A DNA stretch of 50,109 bases from the sequence record DRR723986_28476; one strand, 5' to 3'. Within the stretch, counting starts at the first letter, position 1; the number at the start of each line of letters is the position of its first letter. The notes below the pieces were generated by a model, which did not search any database, was not told where the DNA came from, and worked only from the letters and a program-made list of their open reading frames with translations. Made by a program: the position numbers and the translations under genes. This document shows, in pieces, positions 1 through 10,007 of the stretch.

Positions 1-117
1 GCTGAAGAAGTCAAGATTGGTGATCAGACTTATGTGAAATACGGTGACACTTACTATTTGCCAGTACAGGTAGATGGCAAAGATGCTTATGAAATTGCTC
101 AAGTTGAAGAACAATAG
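1..117 (+). CDS. 3' end of a CDS truncated by the window edge (possibly DUF6515-like)
   Basis: Frame 1 is open from base 1: AEEVKIGDQTYVKYGDTYYLPVQVDGKDAYEIAQVEEQ*, TAG at 115-117, followed by a terminator hairpin. Family guess is from the Tyr/Gly-rich pattern only. Confidence 0.7.
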   Translation, partial: AEEVKIGDQTYVKYGDTYYLPVQVDGKDAYEIAQVEEQ

Positions 118-126
118 ATCAACTCT

Positions 127-179
127 CTATTAACCAACAAAAAAGGCCGCAGTTCGCGGCCTTTTTTGTTGGTTAATAG
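127..179. terminator. Bidirectional intrinsic terminator with 24-bp perfect arms
   Basis: ctattaaccaacaaaaaaggccgc-agttc-gcggccttttttgttggttaatag: GC core flanked by A6/T6, between convergent genes. Confidence 0.9.
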
Positions 180-186
180 TGGTCAA

Positions 187-684
187 TTATTCTTCGTCTT
201 GAGTAACTTCTGAAACCGGTCTGAAATTACCTTCAGGTAATTGATCTGCCACTTCGTCCCGCTCAAAAGGGAAAACCTCTATAATTGGGCTCTCTACAAT
301 ATCTGGCACTCTAAAGCTTACGAGCATATTTCCTAAGCTTTCCTGAATTCTATCGTAGGCTTCTTTTACATCGTTTGCTGTTACAATCATATATTGAGTG
401 ACTTTTTTCTCTTTTCCACTCTCACCATCTGCCACCATATAGGATATTTTACATTTATGCCAAATGTCAGCATCTTCATAAAAGAATACATCTACTATAT
501 TGCTTTTGCTGATGCCTGTGACTTGAAAGTCTCCCCGAATCTGAGATGCTAGCCTATCATAAAGAATTGCTTCTGCTTCTGTAAAAGATACCGCATCTAC
601 TAAATATGCCTCAGAAATATTCTTAAGCAAACCCTGCTCATTCTCCTTTGCATATTTTACTTTGCATAAAAACCAAGTTCTCAT
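187..684 (-). CDS. DUF4494-family protein
   Basis: 165 aa with two repeats of the W(F/H)xCK...YLV/YMI pattern and YLVDAVSFTEAEA, typical of this Bacteroidota family. Confidence 0.8.
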   Translation of the reverse strand: MRTWFLCKVKYAKENEQGLLKNISEAYLVDAVSFTEAEAILYDRLASQIRGDFQVTGISKSNIVDVFFYEDADIWHKCKISYMVADGESGKEKKVTQYMIVTANDVKEAYDRIQESLGNMLVSFRVPDIVESPIIEVFPFERDEVADQLPEGNFRPVSEVTQDEE

Positions 685-704
685 AATTCTTTCTATTTGA
701 GCTT

Positions 705-734
705 CGAAGGTAAAATATATCCTTTGAAGCGCAA
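705..734 (-). promoter_or_regulatory. Putative Bacteroidota housekeeping promoter for the DUF4494 gene
   Basis: Minus strand TTG(C) about 19 nt upstream of TACCTTCG (one mismatch to TAnnTTTG), about 20 nt before the ATG. Confidence 0.4.
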
Positions 735-903
735 GGGTGTTTTCGGCAAAAGCAACAGCTTGTATGCGCTAGAGTTTAGTAACTCCTTGATTTTCAATTC
801 AATTTATTTGTTAGAATATATAGTCTTCACAGACCAGAATTGGATTGATGAAAAGATTGTAGAGAGTTAAAGAAAAGCAGTAAATTATCGCAAAACCAAT
901 TAC

Positions 904-3210
904 ATGCGAGATAAAATCTGGTACAGTTTTCCAGTCCAATTATTTTTACTTCACCTGAGAAAAAATCTAGGGCTTGTACTCATCTGGTTGGTACTGATGG
1001 GGGTGATAATGGAATACTTCGGTGTGATGCTGGGGATTCCATTTCTATTTCTAGATCCTGAATATTTGCATCAAGTGTCTTGGGTGAGTTATTTTTTAAT
1101 GGGGGTTGGATTTGCTGTTTTGACTATGGCATTTCATATGTCCACCTACATTATGGACGGAAGCCATTTTCAGTTTTTAGCAATTTTGAGCAAGCCATTT
1201 ATTCATTATTGTGTGAATAATGGAATAATCCCACTCATTTTTTATTTGGTATATATTTTAAGATTTATAAGTTTCCAACTTGGAAATGACCTTCCAAATG
1301 ATTGGGAAGTATTGTATTATTTTCTTGGTTTTGTGGGGGGGAGTGTCATTACATATGCTGTAATATTTGGATACTTCGCTTTTACAAATAAGGATTTCTT
1401 TATTCTTTTTGCTGGGACTGTAGACAAACGACTTCGAAAGGTAAGATTGACACGGGCAAATGTAATTAGCCAGTATAAAGAGCTTAAAACTCAAAATTAC
1501 AAGGTTCTCTACTATTTAAATCTTCACCTTAGGCCTGAAAAGGTGAGACCGGATATTTCAAGATTTGAGGGTACAAAGTTACTAAGGGTATTTGATCAGA
1601 ATCATCTAAACCTCTTTGTAATCCAAGTATTCCTGATCCTCTTTGTCCTATTTTTAGGGTTTTTCAAGGAGAATCAGTATCTCCAATTACCGGCAGCTAT
1701 GAGTGCCACGCTCCTGTTTGCCATATTAGTAATGCTGGTCGGAGCTGTTAGTTTTTGGCTGAGAAGATGGGCTTCATTTGCTGTAGTGGCTTTCCTCATT
1801 CTGGCAAATTATTTCAGTAATTTCAATTTTTTAAATCGCCCACACGAAGCATACGGGTTAGATTATTCAAAGCCTCCAGTTACTTACAGCCTTGCTCATA
1901 TGGATAGTCTTTTGAGCCCTGAACTGGTAAAAGAGGATAAAAATAATGTACTGAATATTCTCAATAATTGGAAAGCAAAATTTCCTAATGAAAGAAAGCC
2001 TAAAATGGTGATGGTAGCATCAAGTGGAGGGGGGCAGCGTTCAGCTTTATGGACTGTAAAAGTTCTACAGAGTATATATGCAATAGATGAGGGAGAGGTT
2101 TTAAAGCATACTGAATTATTTACTGGGGCTTCAGGTGGTGTCTTGGGCCAAGCATTTTTTAGAGAGGTTTATCTTAGATCATTAACTGACTCTTCAGTAT
2201 ATCCTCTAGATGAAAAGTACCTAGATCAAATATCAGCTGATAATCTTAATCCAATTATTTTTACTCTGCTCGTTAATGACTTGTTGATTCGAAATCAAAA
2301 TTTCAATTACAATGGTCGCAAATACCTGAAGGATAGGGGTTTTTCCTTTGAAAATCAATTAAACCAAAATACTGAAGGTATCCTGGATAAGCCAATCTCT
2401 GAATATAGGGATCCGGAATTTACCGGGAGTATTCCATTACTTCCCGTTACTACTTTAATAACAAACGATGGAAGAAAACTTGTGATTTCTCCACATTCCA
2501 TGTCATTTTTTGGAACATCGATGCTAGGTAAATTTGGTTTGGATGAGAAGAAGCAGTCGATAGATTTTCTTCGTTACTTCCAAGATCATGACTCGAAGAA
2601 TTTAAGATTTCTCACTGCTTTAAGGATGAGTGCAACCTTTCCTTTTATCACCCCAAACATAGAACTTCCTTCGCATCCAGCGATGGAAACAATGGACACT
2701 GGTTTGTCTGATAACTTTGGGATTCAGGATGCGCTACGCTTTATGTACGTTTTCCAATCCTGGATTAAAGAGAATACAGGAGGAGTAGTTTTAGTTACCA
2801 TTAGGGATTCTGAGAAAATCACAGAGATAGCTCCGAGCTTTCCCCCTAGAATTTTTGAGAAGGTATTTACTCCTTTGAAAAACATATATGCGAATTGGGA
2901 TAATGTGCAGACGATTCAGAATGAAGTGCTTTTCAATTATATGGTAGAGTCAATGCCTTTTAACCTGGAGAAAATAGAATTTGAATATGCTCCAGAAAAA
3001 GTACAGGTGGAAGAATTGACAGAAAGTCAGGAAACCATGCAGCGTGCATCTTTGAATTGGAGATTGACAGCAAGAGAGAAGAAATCTATCTTGGAAAGTA
3101 TTTATACGCTTAAAAACCAAAGGTCTCTTAGTAGGTTAAAAGAGCTTTTTACCAGAACTCAGCTAGAATTGGCAGATAGTGTGGTCGTCAATAAGGTGGC
3201 TTCTCAATAA
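904..3210 (+). CDS. Multi-pass membrane protein with C-terminal patatin/cPLA2-like phospholipase domain
   Basis: Hydrophobic N-terminal helices; SSGGGQRSA oxyanion motif, GASGG nucleophile elbow, MDTG (DGG-like) catalytic Asp. Confidence 0.75.
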   Translation: MRDKIWYSFPVQLFLLHLRKNLGLVLIWLVLMGVIMEYFGVMLGIPFLFLDPEYLHQVSWVSYFLMGVGFAVLTMAFHMSTYIMDGSHFQFLAILSKPFIHYCVNNGIIPLIFYLVYILRFISFQLGNDLPNDWEVLYYFLGFVGGSVITYAVIFGYFAFTNKDFFILFAGTVDKRLRKVRLTRANVISQYKELKTQNYKVLYYLNLHLRPEKVRPDISRFEGTKLLRVFDQNHLNLFVIQVFLILFVLFLGFFKENQYLQLPAAMSATLLFAILVMLVGAVSFWLRRWASFAVVAFLILANYFSNFNFLNRPHEAYGLDYSKPPVTYSLAHMDSLLSPELVKEDKNNVLNILNNWKAKFPNERKPKMVMVASSGGGQRSALWTVKVLQSIYAIDEGEVLKHTELFTGASGGVLGQAFFREVYLRSLTDSSVYPLDEKYLDQISADNLNPIIFTLLVNDLLIRNQNFNYNGRKYLKDRGFSFENQLNQNTEGILDKPISEYRDPEFTGSIPLLPVTTLITNDGRKLVISPHSMSFFGTSMLGKFGLDEKKQSIDFLRYFQDHDSKNLRFLTALRMSATFPFITPNIELPSHPAMETMDTGLSDNFGIQDALRFMYVFQSWIKENTGGVVLVTIRDSEKITEIAPSFPPRIFEKVFTPLKNIYANWDNVQTIQNEVLFNYMVESMPFNLEKIEFEYAPEKVQVEELTESQETMQRASLNWRLTAREKKSILESIYTLKNQRSLSRLKELFTRTQLELADSVVVNKVASQ

Positions 3211-3683
3211 GCAAGTCCCCACTTTTTGTATATAAAGTGCATCAACCATGCTGGACCAATCAGCAAAAACTGAAGGTCTTTCAAGAATGTGGGTTTTTTA
3301 CCTTCAATCTTATGTCCATAAAACTGCATGATCCAGGCCAAAATAAACAACCCAAGGCTAATCATCCATAGTTTCCCTGGAAAATACAGATTTATAAAAT
3401 TGGCTAATGCTAAACACACGGCAGAAAATAGAAACATTCCTAAGGTAAGCGGTATAGAAAGCATGAGGTAATATATCAACACAAGGGTCAACACCACCGT
3501 CGCCCAATTGGCAAAATTTTCAAGGAATGGAAGGAGATTAGGTAGTGGATCCGAGGGAATACTAAATATAAGCCCGACAATACTGAAAAAAATAGCAGGC
3601 ACGCAAACCCAGTGAATAAGCTTATTGGTCATGTTTTGATGACTCTGACCATACTCGTGGAATAACTCATCGATTTTTCTCAT
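3204..3683 (-). CDS. DUF962/Mpo1-like membrane protein (2-hydroxy fatty acid dioxygenase family)
   Basis: Y-x3-HQNxxNKLIHWVCVP and QFYGHKIEGKKP...LLIGP motifs. Confidence 0.85.
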   Translation of the reverse strand: MRKIDELFHEYGQSHQNMTNKLIHWVCVPAIFFSIVGLIFSIPSDPLPNLLPFLENFANWATVVLTLVLIYYLMLSIPLTLGMFLFSAVCLALANFINLYFPGKLWMISLGLFILAWIMQFYGHKIEGKKPTFLKDLQFLLIGPAWLMHFIYKKWGLAY

Positions 3684-3759
3684 GGTATTTTGGGATTATA
3701 TCGCTTAGATTGAATTAAAATACTAAATCTATTTTAATTCCTTTTTTCTTAAAATCGAA

Positions 3760-4887
3760 ATGTTCAGTTATTGGGAGAAAAAACACTTTCTTGAGTACGA
3801 CCTCATAGTAGTAGGATCTGGCTTTGTTGGTCTTTCTACCGCTATCCATTTTAAAGCGAAACACCCCCGTTCAAATATTCTTGTATTGGAACGAGGTGTA
3901 TTTCCTACTGGTGCAAGCACCAAAAATGCAGGATTTGCATGTTTTGGGAGTTTGACGGAGATATTGGATGATTTTTGGCACATGACTCAAGATGAGATTC
4001 TCGCGCTTGTAGAGCGTAGATATAGGGGCCTTATGGCCATCGAAAAGCAGTTTGGCGCTAAAAATCTTGGATATGTGCAGTCGAATGGATACGAACTTTT
4101 GGAGGAGAGCCAGAGCGAAGCGTTAGATCAGATGGGTGCTGTGAATAAAATTCTCAGGCCAATATTTAAAGAAGATGTTTTTTCGCTTGTGAAGAATCGC
4201 GAGAAAATGGGTTTTGCTGATCAAATCAATTACATAGTCAAAAATAAATTTGAAGGAGAACTTGACCCTGGGCTGTACATGACCTCCCTATGGAAATTGG
4301 CACAGGAACTAGGTGTACGAATATTAACAGGTGTATCAGTTTGTGAAATTCTGAAAGATGAAGGAATAGTCTTGGCAGAAGATGGTGCAGGAGAAATCAA
4401 TATGGAGTTTAAAGCCAATAAAATTGCTATTTGTACGAATGCCTTCACCAAGAAACTTTGGGCGGAGTCAGACATTCAACCTGGCAGAGGGTTGATCCTT
4501 TTGTCCGAACCTTTGGATTTTAAAATCCCATGGAAAGGTACCTTCCATATGGATAAAGGTTATGTCTATTTTCGTCAGATTGACGGAAGACTACTTCTAG
4601 GTGGAGCAAGGAATAAGGATTTTGAGGGTGAAAAAAGTACTGAATTTGAAGTAAATCCGAAAATAAAATCTCACTTGGAAAAATTGGCAACTGAAGTAAT
4701 ATTTCCAAGTAAAACTATTGCTTGGGATATGGAATGGACTGGAATAATGGCTTTTGGTAAAATTAAATCTCCTATTATTCAACAATTAGGTGTAAATACT
4801 GTTGCTGCGGTACGTTTAGGCGGAATGGGTGTGGCGATTGGTTGGCAAGTTGGAAAGGAGCTTTCTGCCCTTTTGTCCAAGATGTAA
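3760..4887 (+). CDS. FAD-dependent oxidoreductase (DAO/PuuB-like)
   Basis: N-terminal IVVGSGFVGL Rossmann motif, GASTKNAGF, C-terminal GGMGVAIG. Confidence 0.85.
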   Translation: MFSYWEKKHFLEYDLIVVGSGFVGLSTAIHFKAKHPRSNILVLERGVFPTGASTKNAGFACFGSLTEILDDFWHMTQDEILALVERRYRGLMAIEKQFGAKNLGYVQSNGYELLEESQSEALDQMGAVNKILRPIFKEDVFSLVKNREKMGFADQINYIVKNKFEGELDPGLYMTSLWKLAQELGVRILTGVSVCEILKDEGIVLAEDGAGEINMEFKANKIAICTNAFTKKLWAESDIQPGRGLILLSEPLDFKIPWKGTFHMDKGYVYFRQIDGRLLLGGARNKDFEGEKSTEFEVNPKIKSHLEKLATEVIFPSKTIAWDMEWTGIMAFGKIKSPIIQQLGVNTVAAVRLGGMGVAIGWQVGKELSALLSKM

Positions 4888-4937
4888 TTAATATTTTTTC
4901 ATTAGATTCAACTCCTTAATCCACCAAATCCCTTTTA

Positions 4938-6410
4938 ATGCAAGGCTTTAATCGTTCTCCAAAAGTTTTTGACGCACTAATCCCCCTGGTTTTTTTGATC
5001 GTCTTATTGGTTTTAAATATTCAGGTTTTCGGCACAGATGGTCTTTCAGGTTCCAATCAAATAGTACTTATTCTCTCTTCGATGGTCGCAGCTTTAGTAG
5101 CGATTTATCGTTTAGGGTTTAATTGGGAGACACTTCAGGATGGGATGATTAAAAGCATAAGTGCTGCTATGTCCAGTATTCTGATTTTGTTTTTGATAGG
5201 GGCATTGGCTGGCACGTGGCTATTGAGTGGGATTGTTCCGGCAATGATTTATTATGGACTTCAGATTTTAAGTCCCACAATTTTCTTGGTTGCAGCATGT
5301 ATAGTTAGCGCCATTGTTTCTGTGGCTACTGGCAGTAGCTGGACTACAGTTGCCACGGTAGGGGTGGCTTTATTAGGGATTGGTAAAGCGTTGGGGTTTG
5401 AAGAGGGGGTTATAGCTGGAGCTATAATTTCTGGAGCTTATTTCGGAGATAAAATGTCCCCACTTTCAGATACTACCAATCTTGCACCAGCTATGGCTGG
5501 TACAGATTTGTTCACTCACATTCGTTACATGGCGAAAACCACAATTCCATCAATTACAATCACACTCATCATCTTTATTGTGATTGGATTGAATTATGAG
5601 GCCAGTGGAGATGTGAATAACGTGCAGGCTATTTCGAATGTTATTCTCGAGAAATTTAATATTACAGGTTGGCTGTTTATTGTTCCTGTAGTGGTAATTT
5701 TCATGATTATCAAAAAAATCCCGGCTATCCCGGCTTTATTAACGGGTGCCTTGTTGGGAGGGCTATTTGCAGTGATTTTTCAGCCAGAAATCATTCGACT
5801 GATTGCGGCAGAAAATGCTTCCTACGCCTATCAAAGCTTTAAGGCAGTGATGATGTCACTATACGGAGAAATCAGTATTTCGACTACAAATGATGTGGTA
5901 AATGAACTGCTGGTGACCAGCGGCATGGCAGGGATGATGTACACTATCTGGTTGATTATCGCAGCTATGGTATTTGGCGGAATAATGGAAGAAAGTGGTA
6001 TGCTACGCGTTTTGGCAGAAGCTGTTATCCAAAAAGTACACAGTATAGGGTCATTGATCGCATCGACTGTCGCCACTTGCGTATTCTTCAATATCACCAC
6101 TTCAGATCAGTATTTGGCTATTTTGGTACCGGGAAGAATGTATGCAGATGTCTATAAGAAGAGAGGCTTGGCGCCTGAAAACCTCAGTAGAACTTTGGAG
6201 GATTCAGGGACTGTAACATCCGTTTTGGTGCCTTGGAATACGTGTGGAGCTACTCAAGCTTCAGTTTTAGGAGTTGCTACCTTAACGTATGCTCCCTATT
6301 GTTTTTTTAATATTATTAGTCCTTTTATGACCATTCTATATGGCTATTTCAAAATAGGAATCACCTATTATGATGAAGTAGAAGAAGTAGAAGAAGAAAA
6401 GTTGGTATGA
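4938..6410 (+). CDS. nhaC: Na+/H+ antiporter NhaC
   Basis: Multi-TM 490 aa with GSSWTT, GAYFGDKMSPLSDTTNLA and LSRTLEDSGTVTSVLVPWN signatures. Confidence 0.9.
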   Translation: MQGFNRSPKVFDALIPLVFLIVLLVLNIQVFGTDGLSGSNQIVLILSSMVAALVAIYRLGFNWETLQDGMIKSISAAMSSILILFLIGALAGTWLLSGIVPAMIYYGLQILSPTIFLVAACIVSAIVSVATGSSWTTVATVGVALLGIGKALGFEEGVIAGAIISGAYFGDKMSPLSDTTNLAPAMAGTDLFTHIRYMAKTTIPSITITLIIFIVIGLNYEASGDVNNVQAISNVILEKFNITGWLFIVPVVVIFMIIKKIPAIPALLTGALLGGLFAVIFQPEIIRLIAAENASYAYQSFKAVMMSLYGEISISTTNDVVNELLVTSGMAGMMYTIWLIIAAMVFGGIMEESGMLRVLAEAVIQKVHSIGSLIASTVATCVFFNITTSDQYLAILVPGRMYADVYKKRGLAPENLSRTLEDSGTVTSVLVPWNTCGATQASVLGVATLTYAPYCFFNIISPFMTILYGYFKIGITYYDEVEEVEEEKLV

Positions 6411-7006
6411 TTCCATTAAAAATTACAAAAGAAGAGGTAAATAACCTTCCACTAGGACAGTTTGAGGGTGAGATGTTTTTAATCGATAAACTTGAAGATG
6501 TAGAGGAAGTCGCAGAATTTCTGGTTCAGCAACGCGTCCTCGGCTTTGATACAGAGACAAAACCAGCTTTTAAAAAGGGAGTAACAAATCAGGTTTCCTT
6601 ATTGCAATTGTCAACTTCTACTCAAGCTTTTCTTTTTAGATTGAATGAAATAGGCTTTCCAGATTCTATTCGGAATATTCTGGAAAAAGAAAGTATTGTA
6701 AAAGTGGGAGCGGCTGTTCACGACGATATCAAAGGCTTAGCCAAATTGACAGATTCATTTTATGCAAACTCATTTTTTGACCTAAACGATGAGTTGAAAA
6801 GAGTTGGATTTATAAATATAGGAGTGAGAAATCTTTGTGCGATGGTATTAGGGATCCGCATTTCCAAGTCTGAACAAGTTTCTAACTGGGAGGCAGAAAA
6901 GTTGACTGTTAAGCAGCAGCGCTATGCCGCCACAGATGCCTGGGGATGTTTAGAAATATTCAAAAAGCTCAAAGCTGAAGGGTATTTAGACGAGTTGTTT
7001 AAATAA
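6407..7006 (+). CDS. DEDDy 3'-5' exonuclease (RNase D/WRN-like)
   Basis: ExoI GFDTET, ExoII HDD, ExoIII SNW...YAATDAW; ATGA overlap with nhaC. Confidence 0.88.
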   Translation: MIPLKITKEEVNNLPLGQFEGEMFLIDKLEDVEEVAEFLVQQRVLGFDTETKPAFKKGVTNQVSLLQLSTSTQAFLFRLNEIGFPDSIRNILEKESIVKVGAAVHDDIKGLAKLTDSFYANSFFDLNDELKRVGFINIGVRNLCAMVLGIRISKSEQVSNWEAEKLTVKQQRYAATDAWGCLEIFKKLKAEGYLDELFK

Positions 7007-7634
7007 CGGTTAACTCCAAATCTTTTATTTCCTCAAGTGAGCTAATAATCAGCTCTTCTAATCCTTTTCTGAATTCTAACTTCATTTCGCAGCCTAAGGT
7101 CATTTCTTGAGACAGAATTTGAAGGTCATGGATTTTGATGAGTTTCATCACATCATTCATCACAGGGTAGGGGAATTGAATGGAGACGGAAATTTTTACT
7201 CGCTCTTCGATAATTTCATTTGCTTCTATCGCTAAAGCAGCGGAGGTTTTATAGGCCTGAATTAATCCTCCCATTCCCAGTTTTGTTCCGCCAAAATAGC
7301 GAACCACTACGATTAGAATGTTAGTTAAATTATTTGATCTGATTTGTCCCAAAATGGGATCTCCGGCAGAATGATTAGGCTCTCCATCATCATTTGCTCT
7401 AAATTGATCTGCATCTTTACCCAGAGCCCAGGCAAAGCAATGATGCCGAGCGTCGTAGTACTTTTTTCTTAGCTCTGCTAGGTGAGTTTTGATTTCTTCT
7501 TCATTTTTAACCGGAAATGAAAAATAGAAAAACTTACTACTTCTATCCTTATAAAGCCCTTCACTGCTTCTGCGCACGGTAAAAAATGTATCTTCGAATG
7601 TTGACTCGTCTCCGAGGTCTGACATGGATTTCAT
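6999..7634 (-). CDS. yigZ: IMPACT/YigZ family protein
   Basis: SKF, ARHHCFAW, DDGEPxxSAG and VVVRYFGGTKLGxGGLIxAY motifs; exact start uncertain. Confidence 0.9.
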   Translation of the reverse strand: MKSMSDLGDESTFEDTFFTVRRSSEGLYKDRSSKFFYFSFPVKNEEEIKTHLAELRKKYYDARHHCFAWALGKDADQFRANDDGEPNHSAGDPILGQIRSNNLTNILIVVVRYFGGTKLGMGGLIQAYKTSAALAIEANEIIEERVKISVSIQFPYPVMNDVMKLIKIHDLQILSQEMTLGCEMKLEFRKGLEELIISSLEEIKDLELTVI

Positions 7635-7728
7635 TAAGTTGATGTGCAGCGAATTTAGAAAATTAACAACTAGGTAACAGGATATCCATTCGAATTAACT
7701 TACTTTTATCGGGAGGAAAAAAAGTAAA

Positions 7729-8154
7729 ATGCCTGAATCTGTTACCGCAAAATCGCCTTATCTTTTCACTTTGCCAGGGAACTCCAAGGAAACTGGAAGT
7801 CTTTCCTTTTGGGAGAATTTGGATCTCTTTCCTGAAGGGATTCAGCGATGTTTTTGGATATACGGAGTGCAGGAAGGGGAGAGCCGAGGCAATCACGCTC
7901 ATTGGCAAGAATCACAGGTAATTGTAGCAGTGGCAGGAAAGATATTTCTGGACATTCAGTCGGTACAAGGCGAGGTCTTTAAGTTCGCACTTAGCTCCCC
8001 GGAACAAGCTGTTTATATTCCTCCCTTAAATTGGTTAGTTGCCAGATTTACATCCAACTCGGTATTACTTGGTATGTCAGATCAGGCTTTTTCAGAAGAT
8101 GATTACATCAGAGACCTAGACTATTTTGGAAAGCTTCAAAAAGGGGACAAGTGA
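7729..8154 (+). CDS. FdtA/QdtA/WxcM-like cupin, dTDP-4-keto-6-deoxyhexose 3,4-ketoisomerase
   Basis: RGNHAH cupin motif, YIPP..W and terminal DDYIRD characteristic of FdtA-family enzymes. Confidence 0.8.
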   Translation: MPESVTAKSPYLFTLPGNSKETGSLSFWENLDLFPEGIQRCFWIYGVQEGESRGNHAHWQESQVIVAVAGKIFLDIQSVQGEVFKFALSSPEQAVYIPPLNWLVARFTSNSVLLGMSDQAFSEDDYIRDLDYFGKLQKGDK

Positions 8155-9064
8155 TTTTCACGAACTAAGGGTTATTTCCTCTTTGAAAGAGGAAAAAGAC
8201 TTTTTCTTAGGTAATACCCTAATTGGTGACTGTCAGGACCAACTTGATTTTATCTGGGAGAAAAAGAAAAAGACAAAAGCGCTAATCACTTTTGCAATCA
8301 CTAAAACAGGTGAAGCAATTTCAATTCCCAAATCACCCTTTGGCGGTTTTTGGATAGTAGATAGCCTTAGTTCAGCCTCATTGGAATCTTTTATCTTGGC
8401 TGTTGTTGAGGATTTGAGCCATAGAGGAGTAAAATCAATAACTCTATCCCAAGCCCCAAAACCTTACGAGCCTCAGACTGATTTGATAAATTATCTTTTA
8501 GGTAAGTGTGGTTTTGAGCAAGCAAATGTGCTTAGTCATCATTTTTTTATTGGGAAAAAGAAAATTAAAAAACAGACTCAAAAAGAATCTTACAAGATTC
8601 AATCCAATCGAAAAAATGCAGACATTAAAGTCAGTCACTCGTCGATTTCCAACTTTGGGTTTTTAAAATACATCAAATCTTGGAACACTCAGAAAGGCTA
8701 TGAGGTAACACTTGATGAAAACAGAATTGTGCAGCAAGTGTCTGAATATCCAAATCGATATTTTCTGATCACGTTAAGCAAAAATGGCCAAGCAATTGGC
8801 TATTCGCTGAGTGTAAAACTTACCGGAAATTCCTTGTATTATTTTTTGTCAGCGATCAATCCTCAAATTCCCGTGAAGAATGGAGGTGATTTGATACTAA
8901 ATGAGCTTTTTCAGCTTGCTGTAGAGCAAAAAGTAGAGTTTGTAGACCTAGGTTCTTCAGATCTTGATGAAGAGGTCAATCATAAGTTGATGTTTTTTAA
9001 ATCGCGCTTTTCAAATGATATAAGCAATAAAATCACCTGGGTGAAAACGATAAAGAATGTATAG
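8126..9064 (+). CDS. FemAB-like/GNAT-fold acyl- or aminoacyl-transferase
   Basis: SPFGGF in the N-half and DLGSS...LMFFKSRF at the C-end, as in two-domain FemAB/Acetyltransf_6-type GNATs. Confidence 0.6.
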   Translation: MESFKKGTSDFHELRVISSLKEEKDFFLGNTLIGDCQDQLDFIWEKKKKTKALITFAITKTGEAISIPKSPFGGFWIVDSLSSASLESFILAVVEDLSHRGVKSITLSQAPKPYEPQTDLINYLLGKCGFEQANVLSHHFFIGKKKIKKQTQKESYKIQSNRKNADIKVSHSSISNFGFLKYIKSWNTQKGYEVTLDENRIVQQVSEYPNRYFLITLSKNGQAIGYSLSVKLTGNSLYYFLSAINPQIPVKNGGDLILNELFQLAVEQKVEFVDLGSSDLDEEVNHKLMFFKSRFSNDISNKITWVKTIKNV

Positions 9065-10007
9065 GACTGATCAGGTTACAGTGATATGTATTGCTTTCAA
9101 CCATGAAAAGTGGATTGAGAAGGCTTTGGTCAGTGTGCTCCTTCAAGATTATCAGCCGAAGAAATTGATTGTAGTGGATAATGGAAGTACTGATAAGACA
9201 CCAGCCATAATTAGGGAATGGGTAACGAGTAATTCTGAGCAAATTCAAGTTACAGCAATATATAAGCATGAATCTATTCCTTATTGCAAGCTTTTTAATG
9301 AAGTTTTGAATCAGGTTGAAAGCCAGTTTGTAATTGACCTATCTGGAGATGATTTTTTGTATTCAAATCATCTTTCTGCCTCTATAGACAAATTAAAGTT
9401 GGTCCCGTCAGCCGCATTTGTATTTTCTGATGCTAAGATTTTAGATGAAAATGGAAAAGAAACTTCCTTTTATAATCTTGAGGATTATAGAGAATTAGAA
9501 AAGTTAACGCTAGAGAATAAAATGTATGAAACTCTTATCTGCAAAAATTATATCTCAGCTCCTACGGTAGTTTTTAATGCAGAAATTCTTAAAAAAGCTG
9601 GTGGCTATGATTCTGAGCTTTCTTATGAAGATTTTGATATTCAACTACGTTTAACTAGAGGTTTTCCTATCCTATTTTCAGATCACATAGGAGTTCTAAA
9701 AAGAAAGCATGAGAACTCGCTATCTGCTAGACAATATCAACGCTACCATTCCAAAATGCTTCCGAGTACACTCCGTGTTTGTGAGAAGATCAAGAAAATG
9801 AATAAAAATACGGAAGAGGATGAGGCGTTGAAGGCTAGGTTGTTGTATGAGCTAAAGCATGCGCTGTGGTCGGCGAATTTTGGATCCGCAAGAGGTTTTG
9901 CAAAACTTGCAGCTGAAATGAATTGTAAGGGGTTTGAATTTAGCTTATATAGACTGTGGATTTGGACTGGGTTAGATATCTCGTGGTTGTATATTAGGCT
10001 AACCTAA
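9057..10007 (+). CDS. Glycosyltransferase family 2
   Basis: VTVICIAFN, VVDNGSTD, DLSGDD, GGYD..L.YEDFD motifs. Confidence 0.9.
   Translation: MYRTDQVTVICIAFNHEKWIEKALVSVLLQDYQPKKLIVVDNGSTDKTPAIIREWVTSNSEQIQVTAIYKHESIPYCKLFNEVLNQVESQFVIDLSGDDFLYSNHLSASIDKLKLVPSAAFVFSDAKILDENGKETSFYNLEDYRELEKLTLENKMYETLICKNYISAPTVVFNAEILKKAGGYDSELSYEDFDIQLRLTRGFPILFSDHIGVLKRKHENSLSARQYQRYHSKMLPSTLRVCEKIKKMNKNTEEDEALKARLLYELKHALWSANFGSARGFAKLAAEMNCKGFEFSLYRLWIWTGLDISWLYIRLT

Noticed and set aside
6407..7006. DEDD exonuclease or the patatin gene as anti-phage defence components
   Set aside because: No cyclase, reverse transcriptase, ATPase or other defence genes nearby; context is housekeeping.
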